Assembly (NCBI GenBank): GCA_028534125.1
Contig: CM052816.1
Span: 54,004,001-54,068,000 of the forward strand
Source of the DNA: Lama glama
Taxonomy: Eukaryota
DNA length: 64,000 nt
Direction: 5' to 3'
Shown here: one piece after another, positions 51,147-64,000 of the stretch
How the letters are laid out: each line of letters starts with the position of its first letter
How positions within the stretch are numbered: position 1 is the first letter of the stretch
The notes under the pieces: generated by a model
What the model was told of the DNA's origin: nothing
Database searches by the model: none
What the model saw: only the letters and a program-made list of their open reading frames with translations
Translations under genes and position numbers: made by a program

Positions 51147-52159
51147 GTAAGAAGCCGGAGACGGCGCAGCCGCCGCCGCCTCCTCTCCCCCGCCTCATGG
51201 CGGCCCGAGAAGCCGGGCGGAGCGCAGGCCCGAGGCGGGCCCCGGACTCCAGGCCTCACCTGGGGCGCCGCGGCCGGTGGGGACGGGGCAGGGACGGAGG
51301 GGGCGCGCGGGGGCCCGAGTCCGTGGGCCGAAGCACTCCTGTCTCCCTTTTCCCCCAGAAGCTGGGTGGTGGAGGGCGAGAGTCGCGGCGGCCCCGCCCC
51401 TCCTGCGACCGCGGTGGGGAAGGCGGAGGGGCGGCGGCCCAGCCCCGCGACGCTGGGCCGAGCTCGGGTCCTACCTCCGGGTGCGCGCCCCGGGTCTCCT
51501 TGCCGAACCCGACTGGAGGAGGGCGCGTTCAGTCCATTACCGGCCCTCAGGTGGACGCGCAGGCCCGTGGTGAAGTTTAGGAGGGTCGCCGCGAGCCCCT
51601 TCCTCATCCAAAGCGAGACCTTGCGAGCGCCCCGTCATCTAACGTGGCCGGCGTGACTCGTAGCCTTAAAAACCGGGGCGTGAACTTCTAGCACACTCGA
51701 CAAACTTCTGTGGCCTAACTCTCCCCAGGCAATTCCCTGAGGCTCGCCCCACAGCCTGTGGGATGCTGTTTAACTATCTGTCCTGGGTATGCCAGTCCTG
51801 TAATTGGCCGTCATTCTGACCGCTGATAGACACTGAAGTGCTTATTAGAACTTTATTATTCAGACCCCAAAAGATCAAACTTTTGAGTCAAGCATTTCAA
51901 GAGAAAAGGTGAACAGCCTTCTGAAGAAGCAGGTTATTGCAGTGGAAATCTCTAATCCTAGCTGTCTGGCTAATTCCTCTTTGCCCACCTTTTCTCCCTT
52001 TACCGGTATTTTCACCAGGCGAATGACAAGGCAAAGGGGAAAATAAATTCACTTTTTAGGATGTTGCCTCCCAGAGTTCGCAAATCACTGTGCTTTCCTA
52101 GAAGCTGTCTTTATTGTTACAGCAGTAAGGACATAGGATAGGTAGTAGTTAAATGTACA

Positions 52160-52490
52160 GCCTTTTCTGAAATGAGACTGCTTGAGTTCAGATCTTGATT
52201 CTGCCATTTATGTACTGTTGAATTTATTACATTGCACTGTGCCTCAGTTTCCTCGTTTGTAAAATGGAGTACGTACCTCATGCAGTTGTTGCAAAAAAAA
52301 AAAAAAAGCCTGCTATGCTGTTTAACAGTATGTGGCAAATACTAGTAAATGTTAACTAATAATATGGTTTGTATTGCCGTTTTACAAATGCGAAGCTGAG
52401 ATTTAATTAAGTCAAAATAGAAAAAGTAGACTTGTTCAGGATCACTGTGCTAGTTAGTGGCAGAGCAAGGAAAAAAACTAAGGTTTCTGA
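52160..52490. mobile_element. MIR fragments (two, opposite orientation)
   Basis: 'ctgtgcctcagtttcctcgtttgtaaaatggag' and 'ttttacaaatgcgaagctgag..gctagttagtggcagagc'. Confidence 0.75.
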
Positions 52491-52849
52491 TGTACAACCT
52501 TTTGTTTTAAGTTACAGTGCCCCCCAAGAGTATTTTTAAAATGTGTGATAATAGGAGGGGAGTTGAGATGTGTAATTGAAAATGTAAATAATTTGCACTG
52601 TCACTCACCCCAGAGTTCTGTTGTTCACTTTTGCTAGACTTACTTTTGGTTATGCATTTTAGTATATCTGTTTATCAGAAGTATAATGAAGAGTGCTTTA
52701 GACAAAAAGTCATGAGAAATGATTTCTAATGGTAGTTCCCCATGACATACAACCTTGTCATTTCTCATTCTAATGATCTATACTAGTTTATAAATTACTC
52801 AGTTCAAGTAGTTGTATACTTACAGTTCCTGGCCTAGAGAAGACACACT

Positions 52850-53560
52850 TTTTAAAAATTGAGATATAGTTAATTTACTGTATTAGTTTCAGGTGTATAA
52901 TGATTCAAAATTTCTATAAATTATTCTCCACTTAAAGTTACTGTAAAATATTGGCTATGTACTGTACAGTATATCCTTGTAGCTTACTTATTTTATACAT
53001 AGTAGTTTGAAATTCTTAATCCCCTACCCCTTTTCCCTCTCCCCACTGGTTTAACTACTAGCTTGCTCATCTGAGTCAGTTTCTGTTATATTGTATTCAT
53101 TCATGTGTTTTATTTTTAGATTCCACATTAGTGATAACATATAGTATTTGTCTGTCTCTATCTGACTTATTCACTAAGCACAATACCTTCCAGGTCCATT
53201 CATGTTTTTGCAAATGGCAGAATTCCATTCTTTTTATGGCTGAGTAGTACTCCATTGTACATATATACCACATCTTTATCCATTCATCAGTTGATGGACA
53301 CTTAGGTTGCTTCCATATCTTTGCTATTGTAAATAATGCTGCTGTGAGCATTGGGGTGCATTTACCTTTTCAAATTAGTGTGTTCATTTTCTAAAGATAA
53401 ATACCCAGGACTGAAATTGCTAAATCATATGGTAGTTCTATTTTTGTTTTTTTGAGGAACTGTATGCCATTTTCCATAGTGGCTGCACCAGTTTACATTC
53501 CCACCAACAGTGTACAGTTGTTCCCTTTTCGCAGCATCCTTGCCAACATCTGTTATTTGT
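52850..53560 (-). mobile_element. L1 3' end
   Basis: Minus-strand ORF 53097-53351 (TAALFTIAKIWKQPKCPSTDEWIKMWYICTMEYYSAIK) is the L1 ORF2 C-terminus, followed by 3' UTR. Confidence 0.92.
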
Positions 53561-55285
53561 GGGAAGACACATTCATTTAGATAAGTAATTTAAGTTTTTA
53601 AACTTTGAAGATTTCCCACGTACTTATGGAAAATGCTTGGAAATAAAGTTTTGTTTTCATTTTATTTCACTAGTAGAGCATTTTCAAACTTTAATTCTTC
53701 ATACCTAAGTAAATTTATCATTTTTGTGAAATCCCTTCATAATTTACTATCTCTCAAATTGCTTATAAATTAATGGAAATGTCTACTGTACATTTTTTTC
53801 ATGGCTTTTCTGTTGACGTTTTGGTGTAGAGTTTTCCCATATGTACTGAAATGAGATGTACTTTTTAAAAAAAAACCTAAAATTTCTATTTTAGCTGCTT
53901 ATTACTCATATTTGGCCTTGGTAGATACTCTCTAAATATGTAAATATTGTTCCCTGCTCTCTTTTCTGTTACTTTTCTCCTGAAAATTATTTTACTCTGA
54001 CTCTTTTCATCTTCTGCCTTAGCATCCTATTTTTTTAAATTCTGTATTTTGCTTCAGCAAAGGAAAAAAATAAATGGGGCAGATACGGCAACATAATAAT
54101 TGTTGGGAATGAATGATCATGGGGCTTTATTCTTCTGTATATATGTTTTAAATTTTTCATAATAAAATATGCATTTTTTTCTCCTCTCTCCAAATTTAGT
54201 TTCAAAATCTTCTTGATTATTTTCATGATTCAGACATGTTCTTGGTTTTGTGATCAGGATCCTGTTCATTGGTTTCTTAAAGCAGTGGTCTAAAATTCAA
54301 TTTCTATTCTTGGTTTTTTTTTTTTTTTCTAGTCAAGATGTTCATTTCCCATAGCCTCATTTCTCTTCAGAAATTACAAATTTTATTCGGAAAAAGAGAT
54401 TTAAAGTCATTCATGTTCCCAGTTCCTTCAGTTTTTTTCTCCAGGAATTAAGAGCCACTAGGTATTAGTCCTAGAGTTCAGTTTGGCTAGACCATACTGG
54501 GGAGGGCGGATTCTTAGAGTATAGTGTCTAATCAATACTTCAGATGATCCAAAAGTTCCCTGTAATGGGTTTTAGGAAGAAATCTGTACAGGCAGATGGA
54601 ATGTTACTGGAGTATGGAAACTGGCCATTAATAGATGGTATTTGGCAACAGAGAAATCGAACAATGAGTGGAAGATATACATTTCAGCATGTTGGCAAAA
54701 TGGTGATTTTAGACCCTAAGGGAAGAAGCAGAAGCCTCAGAGCACTCTGGTCCTAGAGAAACTTTGTTACTTCACATGGTAACAAAGGCAAAGTATCTGA
54801 TACTTGGAAATAGATTTCAAGAGAGGTTAGATTCCTAGAAACAGGAAAGGGTCCAGTTAGAAAGAATGGCTTGTTAAGGTGAGAGTTAGCAATGAGGCTG
54901 ACTTGATACTGAGCTTCTGACTCCTAGGACTTGTTAAATATCTCCTTCCCAGCAACAGAATTGTTGTTCCAGGGCTAATTCTGGCTGTGAAACTAGATAT
55001 ACGTGTGTACTAGGGGCTGGGTAATTATATTGCATTTCTTCAGGCAGCATCCTGTGTTCACGTATGACTCATTGTTAGTGGGTATTCCTTGGTAGGTTTG
55101 GGTCTGGCGGGCTCTTTTTAAAGATTTGAATCCGTGTTCTAAGTAGATTGTTGGACCTACTGATAAGTGACTGGGTCACAGCTTATCTGGCAACCCTAGC
55201 TAGGAGTTACCAAATATGACTCCAAATTTCTTCTTTTCCAGTGCAGAACTGTAAATCCTTTTTTTTTTCAATGTCTCAGTGGCAT

Positions 55286-55385
55286 CAGTTACCTGGGTTT
55301 ATCTGTGACTGAAGGGTTTCCAGAATGTAGAACCTTCAGTGCTAAAATTGGAAAAGTCCCAGGCAAACCAGGATGATTTGTATTA
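55286..55385. mobile_element. MER81-like hAT-Blackjack MITE
   Basis: 'ccttcagtgctaaaattggaaaagtcccaggcaaaccaggatg'. Confidence 0.6.
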
Positions 55386-55619
55386 GTACTTCTGTAACTA
55401 GCTAACATAGCACTGTTTTGTATGTGCTGTGATTATTTAGAGGCTATTTGCTGATAGTACAATTGTGAATTGAGTGTTTTACCTTACTTAAATTAAAACT
55501 TAAATGCATCCTGTAAGTAAGAAGTTTTGCCAAGGTAGCTTCTTTTTCTGTATAAATTTAATTTGTTGATGATTTAGAAAATAATTTTCTCTAAAGTGGA
55601 AAAAAATGTAACATTGATT

Positions 55620-57400
55620 TTTTTCTAGTTTTATTGAGATGTAACTGACATACAGCAACTGTATAAGTTTAAGGTATACAACATAATGATTTGACTTACA
55701 TACATCATAAAATGATTACCACAGTAAGTTTAGTGAATTTCTATCATCTCTTATAGATACAAAATTACAGACATAGGAAAAATTTATTTTCCTTTTGATT
55801 AGAGCTCAGGATTTACTCTCCGACAACCTTCATGTATAACATACAACAGTGTTAATTATATTTATCGTGTTGTACGTTACAGCCCTAGTACTTATTTGTC
55901 TTATAACTGGAAGTTTGTACCTTTTGATTACTTTTATTCAATTCCCTTTCCCACTATTCCCTACCTCTGGTCACCACAAATTTGATCTCTTTTTCTATGA
56001 GTTTGTTTGTTTGATTGTTTTTGAGGTATAATTGACCTAAAACACTGTGTTGGTTCCTGATATACAGCATAGTAATTCAGCATTTCTGTACATTTCAAAA
56101 TGATCACCATGATAAGTCTAGTTACCATTTGTCACCATACAAAGGTATTACATAGTTATTGACTATATTCCCCACCCTGTACCTTTCATACCTGTGACTC
56201 ATTTATTTTGTAACTGGAAGTTTGTACCTCTTCATCTCCCTCACCCCTTTCTCTCCTCCCCCAATATGCGTCCCCTTTGGTAGCCACCTGTTTGTTCTCT
56301 GTATCTGTGATTCTGTTTCTGTTTAGTTATGTTTGTTCATTTGTTTTGTTTTTTAGATTCCACATATAAGTTAAATCATACAGCATTTATTTTTCTCTGT
56401 CTGACTTATTTTACTTAGCATAATACCCTCTAAGTCTGTCTATTTTGGCACATTGGCAAGATTTCATTCTTTTTTGTGGCTGAGTAATATTCCATATGTG
56501 TGTGTATGTGTGTGTATTTCATGTCTCCTTTATCCATTCATCTATTCATGGGCACTTAGGTTACTTCCATATCTTGGCTGTTGTACATGCTCAATGAACA
56601 TAAGGGTGCATATATCTTTTTGAATTAGTATTTTCATTTTCTTTGGATGAATACTCAAGAGTGGAATTGCTGGATAATATAGTAGTACTATTTTTAATTT
56701 TTTGAGGAATCTCCATACTGTTTTCCATAGTGGCTGCACTAGTTTACATTTGCACCAGCAGTGTACAGGGGTTCCTTTTTCTCCACATCCTCACCAACAT
56801 TTCTTTGTTTTCTTTTTGATAATAGCCATTCTGACAGATGTGAGGTGATAACCTTGTTGTGGTTTTCATTTACATTTCCCTGACAATGAGTGATGTTGAG
56901 TATCTTTTCATGTGCTTGTTGGCCGTCTGTGTATCTTCTTTGAAAAAATGTCTGTTCAGGTCCTCTGCCATTTTTTAATCAGGTTTTTTTTTTTTATCTT
57001 GAGTTATATGAGTTCTTTGTATATTTTGGATAATAACCTGTTATGGGATATATTGGTTGCAGGTATCTTCTGTTCAGTAGGCAGCCTTTTCATTTTGTTG
57101 ATAGTTTCCTTTGTTGTACAAAGTGTTTAGTTTAAAGCAGTCCCGTTTGTTTCTTTTTGTTTTTGTTTCCTTTGCCTGAGGAGACAAATCCAAAAAGAAA
57201 TTGCTAAGGAATGAAGTCAGAGTGTAGTGACTATTTTTTCTTCTATAAGTTTTATGGTTTCAGGTATTACTTCTAAGTCTTTCATCCATTTTGAGTTTAT
57301 TTTTGTATATTATGTGAGAAAGTCCAGTTTGATTCTTTTGCACATAGCTGTCCAGTTTTCCCAATACCATTTATTGAAGAGGCTGTCTTTCCCCCATTTT
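55620..57400 (-). mobile_element. L1 3' fragment (about 1.8 kb)
   Basis: Minus-strand [25 protein letters not shown] is L1 ORF2; the 3' UTR lies to its left. Confidence 0.92.
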
Positions 57401-59214
57401 TTGCTAAAGTAGAAAAGATAGCATTGATGTTTTAAATGTTGATATGTTATTTCAGCTAAATGATGTATGTCTGCCATAAGTTTCCAAGTAGGATTTCTAT
57501 TTATATAAAATACAGTTTTTTTAGACTAGAATTATGGTTAATTAATGGAGTTCTTCTGCAAGAACAAAATGTTTTCACTCATTTAACATAAAAGATTATC
57601 TAATATCTTAAAAGCCAACTTATTTTCAATAAAGTCTGCTAAAAAAGTCCACTGGTGAGTGAATTAATTGATTAAAAATGCTTTCTTAATTATATCTTTT
57701 TATAACCATTTTAGATTGGTAATGGCTTAAAATCCAATGTGAACAGAGAATGTTAGGGCATTGGAAATAACACTGACGTTGGCCCATAGTTTTCTTCTGA
57801 TTAAATGAAAGTGACATCAGTAGATTAGAATGAGACTAGGACAATTCACACTGCAATTGTGTTAGTTTAACTTTAACAATCTTTTAACACTCTTGTTTAA
57901 ATGTAGCTGACATACCATAATTACAAATCTGCAAGCCTTGATTATAGAATTTTACATCATCAATCTGTGGGGAAATTGTATTGATTTTTTTTTTTAAATA
58001 AAGCAAGCACCTTTCCCAAACTGTGGCGTCTTCCCAGGTTTGTTTATACCTGTATCTCTAATACATAACTTTTGTTCATCAGGCATAAAAACAACATAAA
58101 AGGTAAGTGAGATCTCCATGTTATTAAATATATATATGCTGATTACATATTTGATAGTTACATGAAAGTAAAAACTACAAATGACACATGCACTTACATA
58201 GACATAGAGATACAGTTTTCTCCCTTTAGCTTTTGTTGTTTATCCACTTCCCATATTTAAAGTGATTATGGGTAGAAATATGGTGGAAAATATCTGAGAG
58301 AGGTCATAGCCTTGTAAATTATTCTTGTAAGCTTTAGTAGCTTTGTATCTTTTAGTATTTTTTTTCCCCTCCTCTCTCACATCATACCCCTTTGATGTGA
58401 GTTAAAGTAAGTTCAGCCAAAATGGCCAACTTCTTACCTTGAAATTTAGCCAACTCCTTTTGGAATTTCTGTAATGTACCCAGTTCTCCAAAGTGATGGT
58501 CAAAGTCACTGTCAAAATGGATTGCAGGTGGTCAGCTCTTTACAACCTTCTGCCAACTATTTGGCAAGCACTGACTTTTAGGAGCTGCACAGCTGGCAAT
58601 TAGATGTCTTTAAGCTGGAAAGGGAGAAAGCTAAGGCCACTGATGACCATGGTTTTCCCAGCACAAGTTGTATTATTCTGCAAGTTAAATGTGGAAGTGA
58701 AAGACCTTTTGACCTCTATGTGTGTGTGTCTGTGTGTCTTTAGATGTGTTCTGTGTTTCATTGCATTTTTTGTGTGGTAGAAAATTTTGAAAATCTATAG
58801 TAAGTAAGGTTGGAAAATTTTGTTGAAAATAGTAGTCCAGAACAACTTAGAATATAAGTGCTTAGATGTGTGATCTCTCTATTCCAATATTCCATTTCCA
58901 ATAACACAGTTATAGAAGAATATAATTTCTACTGTGATGCTGTTCAGTGTGCCCAAGTGGAGCTCATTTTAAAATAACATCAAAGTTCTGACTGATCTGA
59001 AGATCACTTATTTTGCAGCCTCACTCAGAACCTCTATCTTTGAAGCACCTGGTATGGTGATGGTGTATAATAAATACTCAATAGAAGTCCTTCCAGCTGA
59101 CAAATGCATGAATGAAACCTTACTCTATAAGGATTTTTTTGAGCTAATAAGCACTAGGAAGCTCCTGAATCAATTACAATGTAATAACATAATAGTTACT
59201 GTAGTTATTATTGC

Positions 59215-59450
59215 AGTTGGAATCAAAGAGGTGGAATTCCAGGCTCTACTTACTACATAGGTGACCCTGAGAAAATTACTTAACCTTTAAAAGCCCCAGT
59301 GTTCTTAGCTGGAAAATGGAATATCTTTCCTGTATTGTTGTTTGGAGAATGTTAAGGTAATCATAAAAAGCATTTAGCCCAAATGCATGATATGTGTGTT
59401 CAATATATGTGAATATATGTGTTCACTATGTGTTAGCTGCTCTCATTAGT
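59215..59450 (+). mobile_element. MIR SINE
   Basis: 'ggctctacttactacataggtgaccctgagaaaattacttaacct'. Confidence 0.65.
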
Positions 59451-59959
59451 ATAATCATCATTCTGTAGATGTATAAACAGTTTAATCTCTCTGGAAGAGA
59501 CCTTGGAAATTGCTTTATTTTAATTTATTTTATTTTTAGTAAAGGTAGATTTATTTAGAGAGATACATACTGCATGCTTTCTTTTAAATTGTGATAAAAA
59601 TTCGCTTTCAGTTTGTCATTTTCACTTATTGGCTGTGAAGGGAGAAGGGAGGAACATGAAGCTTGTGTTGTTGATTAATCTCTAGGACTTTGTAATGGCC
59701 ATTTTTCTTAAAACTGCTGAGGCACTGATTCCCTGCTTTGAAGCCCCAGCAAAAAAGTCTCTTTATATCAGTGACCTTGTCTTTTAAATGTCTTAAAAAG
59801 TACTATATAAAAACGTCATTAACACAATGTGTTAGGGCCAGTTTTACTCTTACTGCACTCTTATAAAGTTTATCTTAGAAAAGAGTAGTCACAAAAAGTA
59901 TGTATGGACAAAAGCAGTGTACATCTTAGAACTAAAATAATGATAATAACACATCTGAT

Positions 59960-60520
59960 TTTGTGCTCCTCCCCTCACCTGAGGTAACTGTTTTTAATCT
60001 TGTGTTTATTATTACCTTGCTTTTTTATTTTATATAACTGTATTATTTGTGTCTTACTAAGATGTATACTGTTTTGTTATTTTTTAGTTTGTAAGAATAT
60101 CATCTAGGACTTAATATTTTTTGGTGTTATATTGGTAAAATTCATCCATGTTTTTACATTTAGGTGCAGTATGTTCATTTTGACTGTTACGTAATGTTCC
60201 ATTGTATGATAATATCACAGTTTATCCATTCTTTTCTTGATGGGCATTTGGATTGTGCATTTGCTAACTGTGTTTCTACATACATTCTTGTTCATGTCCT
60301 TGGTAATGATGCATGACAATTATTCTTGGGTATGTGTCCAGTAATGGAATTGTTGGGTCATGAGGTATATGAATGTTCTACTCTATAAGATAATGCCAAA
60401 CTATTTTCCAAAGGGATTGTACAATTTTACATTCTCAACTGCATTGTATGAGAGTTCTTTTCATTGATCCACATCCTCTCTAAAATTTGGTAGACTTCTT
60501 AATTTTTCACTAATAATATT
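59960..60520 (-). mobile_element. Old L1 (L1ME-like) fragment
   Basis: 'ttcatccatg..ttccattgtatga..gatgggcatttggattg..gataatgccaaactattttccaaag'. Confidence 0.7.
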
Positions 60521-60924
60521 GTTTTTATACCTTTCATTTTGTAAAATAAAGTTAAATAATTTTGATTATCTTTTTAAATAAGCATCCCCACAGATGAAGA
60601 GAATAAAAGGAATGTGAGGCTCCAGTCCTACAAGCACAAACTTTATTGCCTCCTTCCTCCTCGTGTAGAATAATGTGTATGCCTCAAGCAGCCCAGGGTT
60701 TTTACCTGGTGGGAAAGTGGGTTCCTTTGGAAAGGGCAGCCCTAACCATTTCCAGAATTGTGCATTCAGTGTTCGATGCTTGGGGGCTGAGAAGAGGCCT
60801 GCAGATAGAGGTGGGGATAGTGAGGCTTGAAAATCATTTTGGTTCTGGGTTGATCAGATTGGAGCTGAGGCCGAGGAAGGCCAACAATATTACTTATTAA
60901 ATGTTACATTAATTCTGTAAAATT

Positions 60925-61575
60925 TTTTCCAGTTTTATTGAGATATAACTGACATATAACATTGTATTTATTCAAAGTGTGCAACATAATGATTTGATAT
61001 ATGTATATATTGCAAAGTGATTACCACAGTAAGTTTAGTTAGCTTCAGCTCACACAGTTGTAATTTTTTTCTTATGATGAGAACTTTTAAGATCTACTTT
61101 CTTAGTAACTTTCAAATATTCAATACAGTATTGTTAATTATAGTCACCATGCTGTGCATTATGTCCCCAGTACTTATTGTTTATAACTGGAAGTTTGTAC
61201 CATTTGGTCACCATCACTAATCCCCCCCCCTCTACCCCTCACCTGTATTAACCAAACTAAATCAAACCAAAACTATGAGTTTGGTTTTTTAGAGTCTTCA
61301 TGTAAGTGAGATCAGACAGTATTTGTCTTTCTCTGTCTGACTTATTTCACTTAGCATAATGCCTTCAGTGTCTATCCATGTTGTTGGGAATGGCAGGATT
61401 TCCTTTTTTATGGCTGAATAATATTCCAGTGTGTGTGTATACATTTATTTTTTAAACCACATTCTTTTTCCCCCTTCATCTGTCAGTGGACACTCAGGTT
61501 TCTGTGTCTTGGCTATTGTAAACAATGCTTCAGTGAATATAGGAGTACAGAATCATTTTGAGATAGTGATTTCTG
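60925..61575 (-). mobile_element. L1 3' end (L1MA-like)
   Basis: 'cagttttattgagatataactgacatataacattg..ctgacttatttcacttagcataatg'. Confidence 0.88.
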
Positions 61576-62289
61576 TTAATTCTGATTTATGATGCCTTAA
61601 GTTTTTAAGTTTGGCACAGCATTTCTAGAGAAAGATTTTAATTTATTGTTGATGATTTTTAATCTAGCACTGTATGTTTTTGTAATTGTCACTGCCATAG
61701 GTTTGAAAATCTGGCAGGCATACATACCTTCAGTCTTCTCTACCTGCCCCCCCCAACCAAGAGCAAGATGTTTAATTTTTATTTATTTATATCATCTTTT
61801 CTATATCCTATAGGAATTAGAAAATATGTAGGTCTCAATTAGATATTTTTATTTTTTATATTTATATTACTCTTTTTAAACTACTGTAGCATTTCTAATA
61901 CTAGATTAAGTAGAAGTAGTCTCAGGAGCCAACATTGGCTTTTGTTTGTAAAAAGAGTAATTCTGATGATTTTCTGTGTTTTAAATGGGTAATATTGTAC
62001 ATAACTTTTTTTTTAATTTTAATTTTTTATTGAGGTGTAGTTGATTTACAATGTTAGTTGCAGGTGTACAGCAGTGCGATTCAGTTATGCATATACATAC
62101 ATATATATACATATATTTTCAGGTTCTTTTCCATTATACTTATATGTAACATTTCTGAGATGACTCTGGATATTCATTTTGACATCTTATGGTGAACGCT
62201 GTGGCTGCCTCCTCAGTATCTGGTTTTTCTGCCTGATATATACCTGTATTTTCATTAACACTGTCCACTGTTTGTTACAGCATAAACAC

Positions 62290-62720
62290 AGCTCATGTTC
62301 TTTGAGGGAAACTGCTCCACCTCTAGCTTTAGAAATGGGCCTCTGAGTGATATTAGCCAATCATATTCCATTTCCCTATTACAGAAATTCATCCTGGGTG
62401 GACATGTGATTTAGGCTGATTTAAATAAGGTACATTTCAGAACTCTTGCTTAGAATTCTGGGACAGAAGTGCTTTCTTCCGTGTAACTCTGATTGTGGCT
62501 GCAGCATTCCTTTAGCACTAGGGAATCTGGCCTTGGGATGAAGCTTGTACCATAGGTAGCAGAGTGAAGAGAAAAAAAGAAGGTTCTTAATGGCATTTTT
62601 GCTGGATCAGACAACCTTAAAGCAGATCCTCCTCCTGGAATTTAGTTACATGAGCCAGAAAATCTCTATAGTGTTTAAATCCCTTGAGTTGAAATCCTGT
62701 TACTTGCAGTAGAGTACTAA
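62290..62720 (+). mobile_element. Old MaLR (MLT1-like) LTR
   Basis: 'tttagttacatgagccagaaaat..tgtttaaatc..tgttacttgca'. Confidence 0.55.
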
Positions 62721-63289
62721 TTGATGTCATTACTCTAATCCCTAATTTAGGTGTACCTATGTATAATGTAAGGAGTGATTTCCTTTATTGAACAGACTAG
62801 AGATTGTCTTTCTTCCTTTCTGTCCCTTCATCCTTCCTTGTAAATTCTGTGGCTTTAGGTTTAACTTTTACTCCTCTTTCCCCGTCCATTTCAGTGTCCT
62901 CTTGAGGTCTGACCGATCCTCTGCATCAGAAATAGGGAAGAATGCTGTCTGTCTTTAACCCTCCCCCTCAACTCTCAACTCTTACCTAGTTCAGTGCTGT
63001 TCTTTGATCAGTGCAGGTGGAAAAAAGAGGGAGAGGAGGAAGGGACAGATAGACCTATCTTGCCTTAATCCCAACCATTTGTTCTCAGACTATGTCCTTC
63101 TGTTCCATTCCTTCAACCTACCTCCTAGGAGGTAGGAGAGTCACCAGTTCTGTTGCAAAGACTGCAATAAATTAGGAGGCGTTCTTGGCATTTGTTTTGA
63201 ATTTCTTTTTCCTTCTGAGCTTAGTTATATACAGTAAACATAATATCCTGTAGAAAGTGTTTCATTCATATACTCAATAGCATTAAATA

Positions 63290-63457
63290 GACTTTTGTGG
63301 GACATTTTATGAAGCTTAACACCAAGTACATGTATAGCATTTTTCGACTTTTGTGGGACATTTTATGAAGCTTAACACCAAGTACATGTATAGCATTTTT
63401 CGACTTTTGTGGGACATTTGATGAAGCTTAACACCAAGTACATGTATAGCATTTTTC
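63290..63457. repeat. Tandem repeat, 3 x 56 bp
   Basis: Unit GACTTTTGTGGGACATTTTATGAAGCTTAACACCAAGTACATGTATAGCATTTTTC starts at 63290, 63346 and 63402, with a single T>G difference at 63420. Confidence 0.97.
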
Positions 63458-63597
63458 CTATGGAAAATATGATTACTGAGATCCCTAAAACCCTGTGGGT
63501 AATTAACATTTTTATATTATAACTGAGTCCCCAAATGGAGAATAACTTATATTGTGATAACCTGGTTTCATGTTTACTCTAAATTTTTTCTAGGGCG

Positions 63598-63684
63598 TGG
63601 AGGGTATAGTTTAGAGATAGAGCACATACGTGGCGTGTATGAGGTCCTGGGTTCAATCCCCACTGCCTCAATTTAAAAAAAAAA
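63598..63684 (+). mobile_element. tRNA-derived SINE (vic-1-like, short form)
   Basis: GGAGGGTATAG..GAGGTCCTGGGTTCAATCCCC followed by an A tail. Confidence 0.85.
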
Positions 63685-64000
63685 TGTTTTAAATAAATAT
63701 TTTCTGTCTCTTGTTTTCATGTAATATTGTCAGCCATTAACATGTCTCTTAGTCTTCCTGCTTCTAGTAACTTCTGCTTATATCTGTCACTGTTTTTTTG
63801 TTGTTTTTTGCTATTGCTCATCTATTTTAGGGGAACTTAGACTGTTTTCACTTATTTCTGAATAATGATGTGAAAATTGAGAATGTCAGAAGTCTGCTCT
63901 CTGATTATTGCTTGACTTGGACTAGACTTTCTTTCTCTAGCCGCCATAACATTGTACCTTAATCTCCTATAGGATATAAGCTCCTTAAAGGCAGGAATAT

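Larger units (their letters stand above)
50860..51680 (+). promoter_or_regulatory. TBCA: TBCA CpG-island promoter
   Basis: Very GC- and CpG-rich segment spanning exon 1, with tandem CCGCCC GC boxes at about 50911-50941 and no obvious TATA box. Confidence 0.9.
51147..64000 (+). other. TBCA: TBCA intron 1 (partial)
   Basis: Starts at the GT donor. The sequence is T-rich on the + strand with mostly antisense L1 fragments and no further recognisable exon. Confidence 0.85.

Noticed and set aside
50645..51656. Overlapping 100-260 aa ORFs at the TBCA promoter
   Set aside because: CpG-island artefacts; the real coding frame is the 53-nt exon 51094-51146, which is too short for the ORF track.
53097..53351. 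84-aa ORF (and the similar 56542-56739 and 26757-26954)
   Set aside because: Truncated L1 ORF2 C-terminal remnants.
63290..63457. CRISPR-like array
   Set aside because: The repeats are directly adjacent with no unique spacers, there are no cas genes, and the context is a mammalian intron.

Overview
This is mammalian genomic DNA, most likely camelid, because six copies of a tRNA-derived SINE resemble the camelid vic-1 family. The only supportable protein-coding sequence is coding exon 1 of TBCA (tubulin folding cofactor A; 51094-51146, + strand, MADPRVRQIKIKTGVVKR, then a GTAAG donor). It lies in a CpG-island promoter with an NRF1 site and GC boxes, and the rest of the window to 64000 is TBCA intron 1. 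About 38-47 kb upstream, an apparently transposon-free block (about 3.1-14.6 kb) has orphan CpG islands alternating with AT-rich modules dense in homeodomain and POU motifs. This looks like a developmental enhancer cluster, plausibly serving the neighbouring homeobox gene OTP rather than TBCA (inferred from recalled mammalian synteny). The remainder is ordinary repeat-rich DNA (L1, L2, MIR, MaLR/ERVL LTRs, hAT MITEs). It includes a decayed ERV-L pol/integrase relic with nested insertions and a near-perfect 3x56-bp tandem repeat. Almost all ORFs in the supplied track look spurious. I found no convincing novel protein-coding system; the best leads are regulatory or non-coding. Repeat boundaries and family names were assigned by eye and are approximate.
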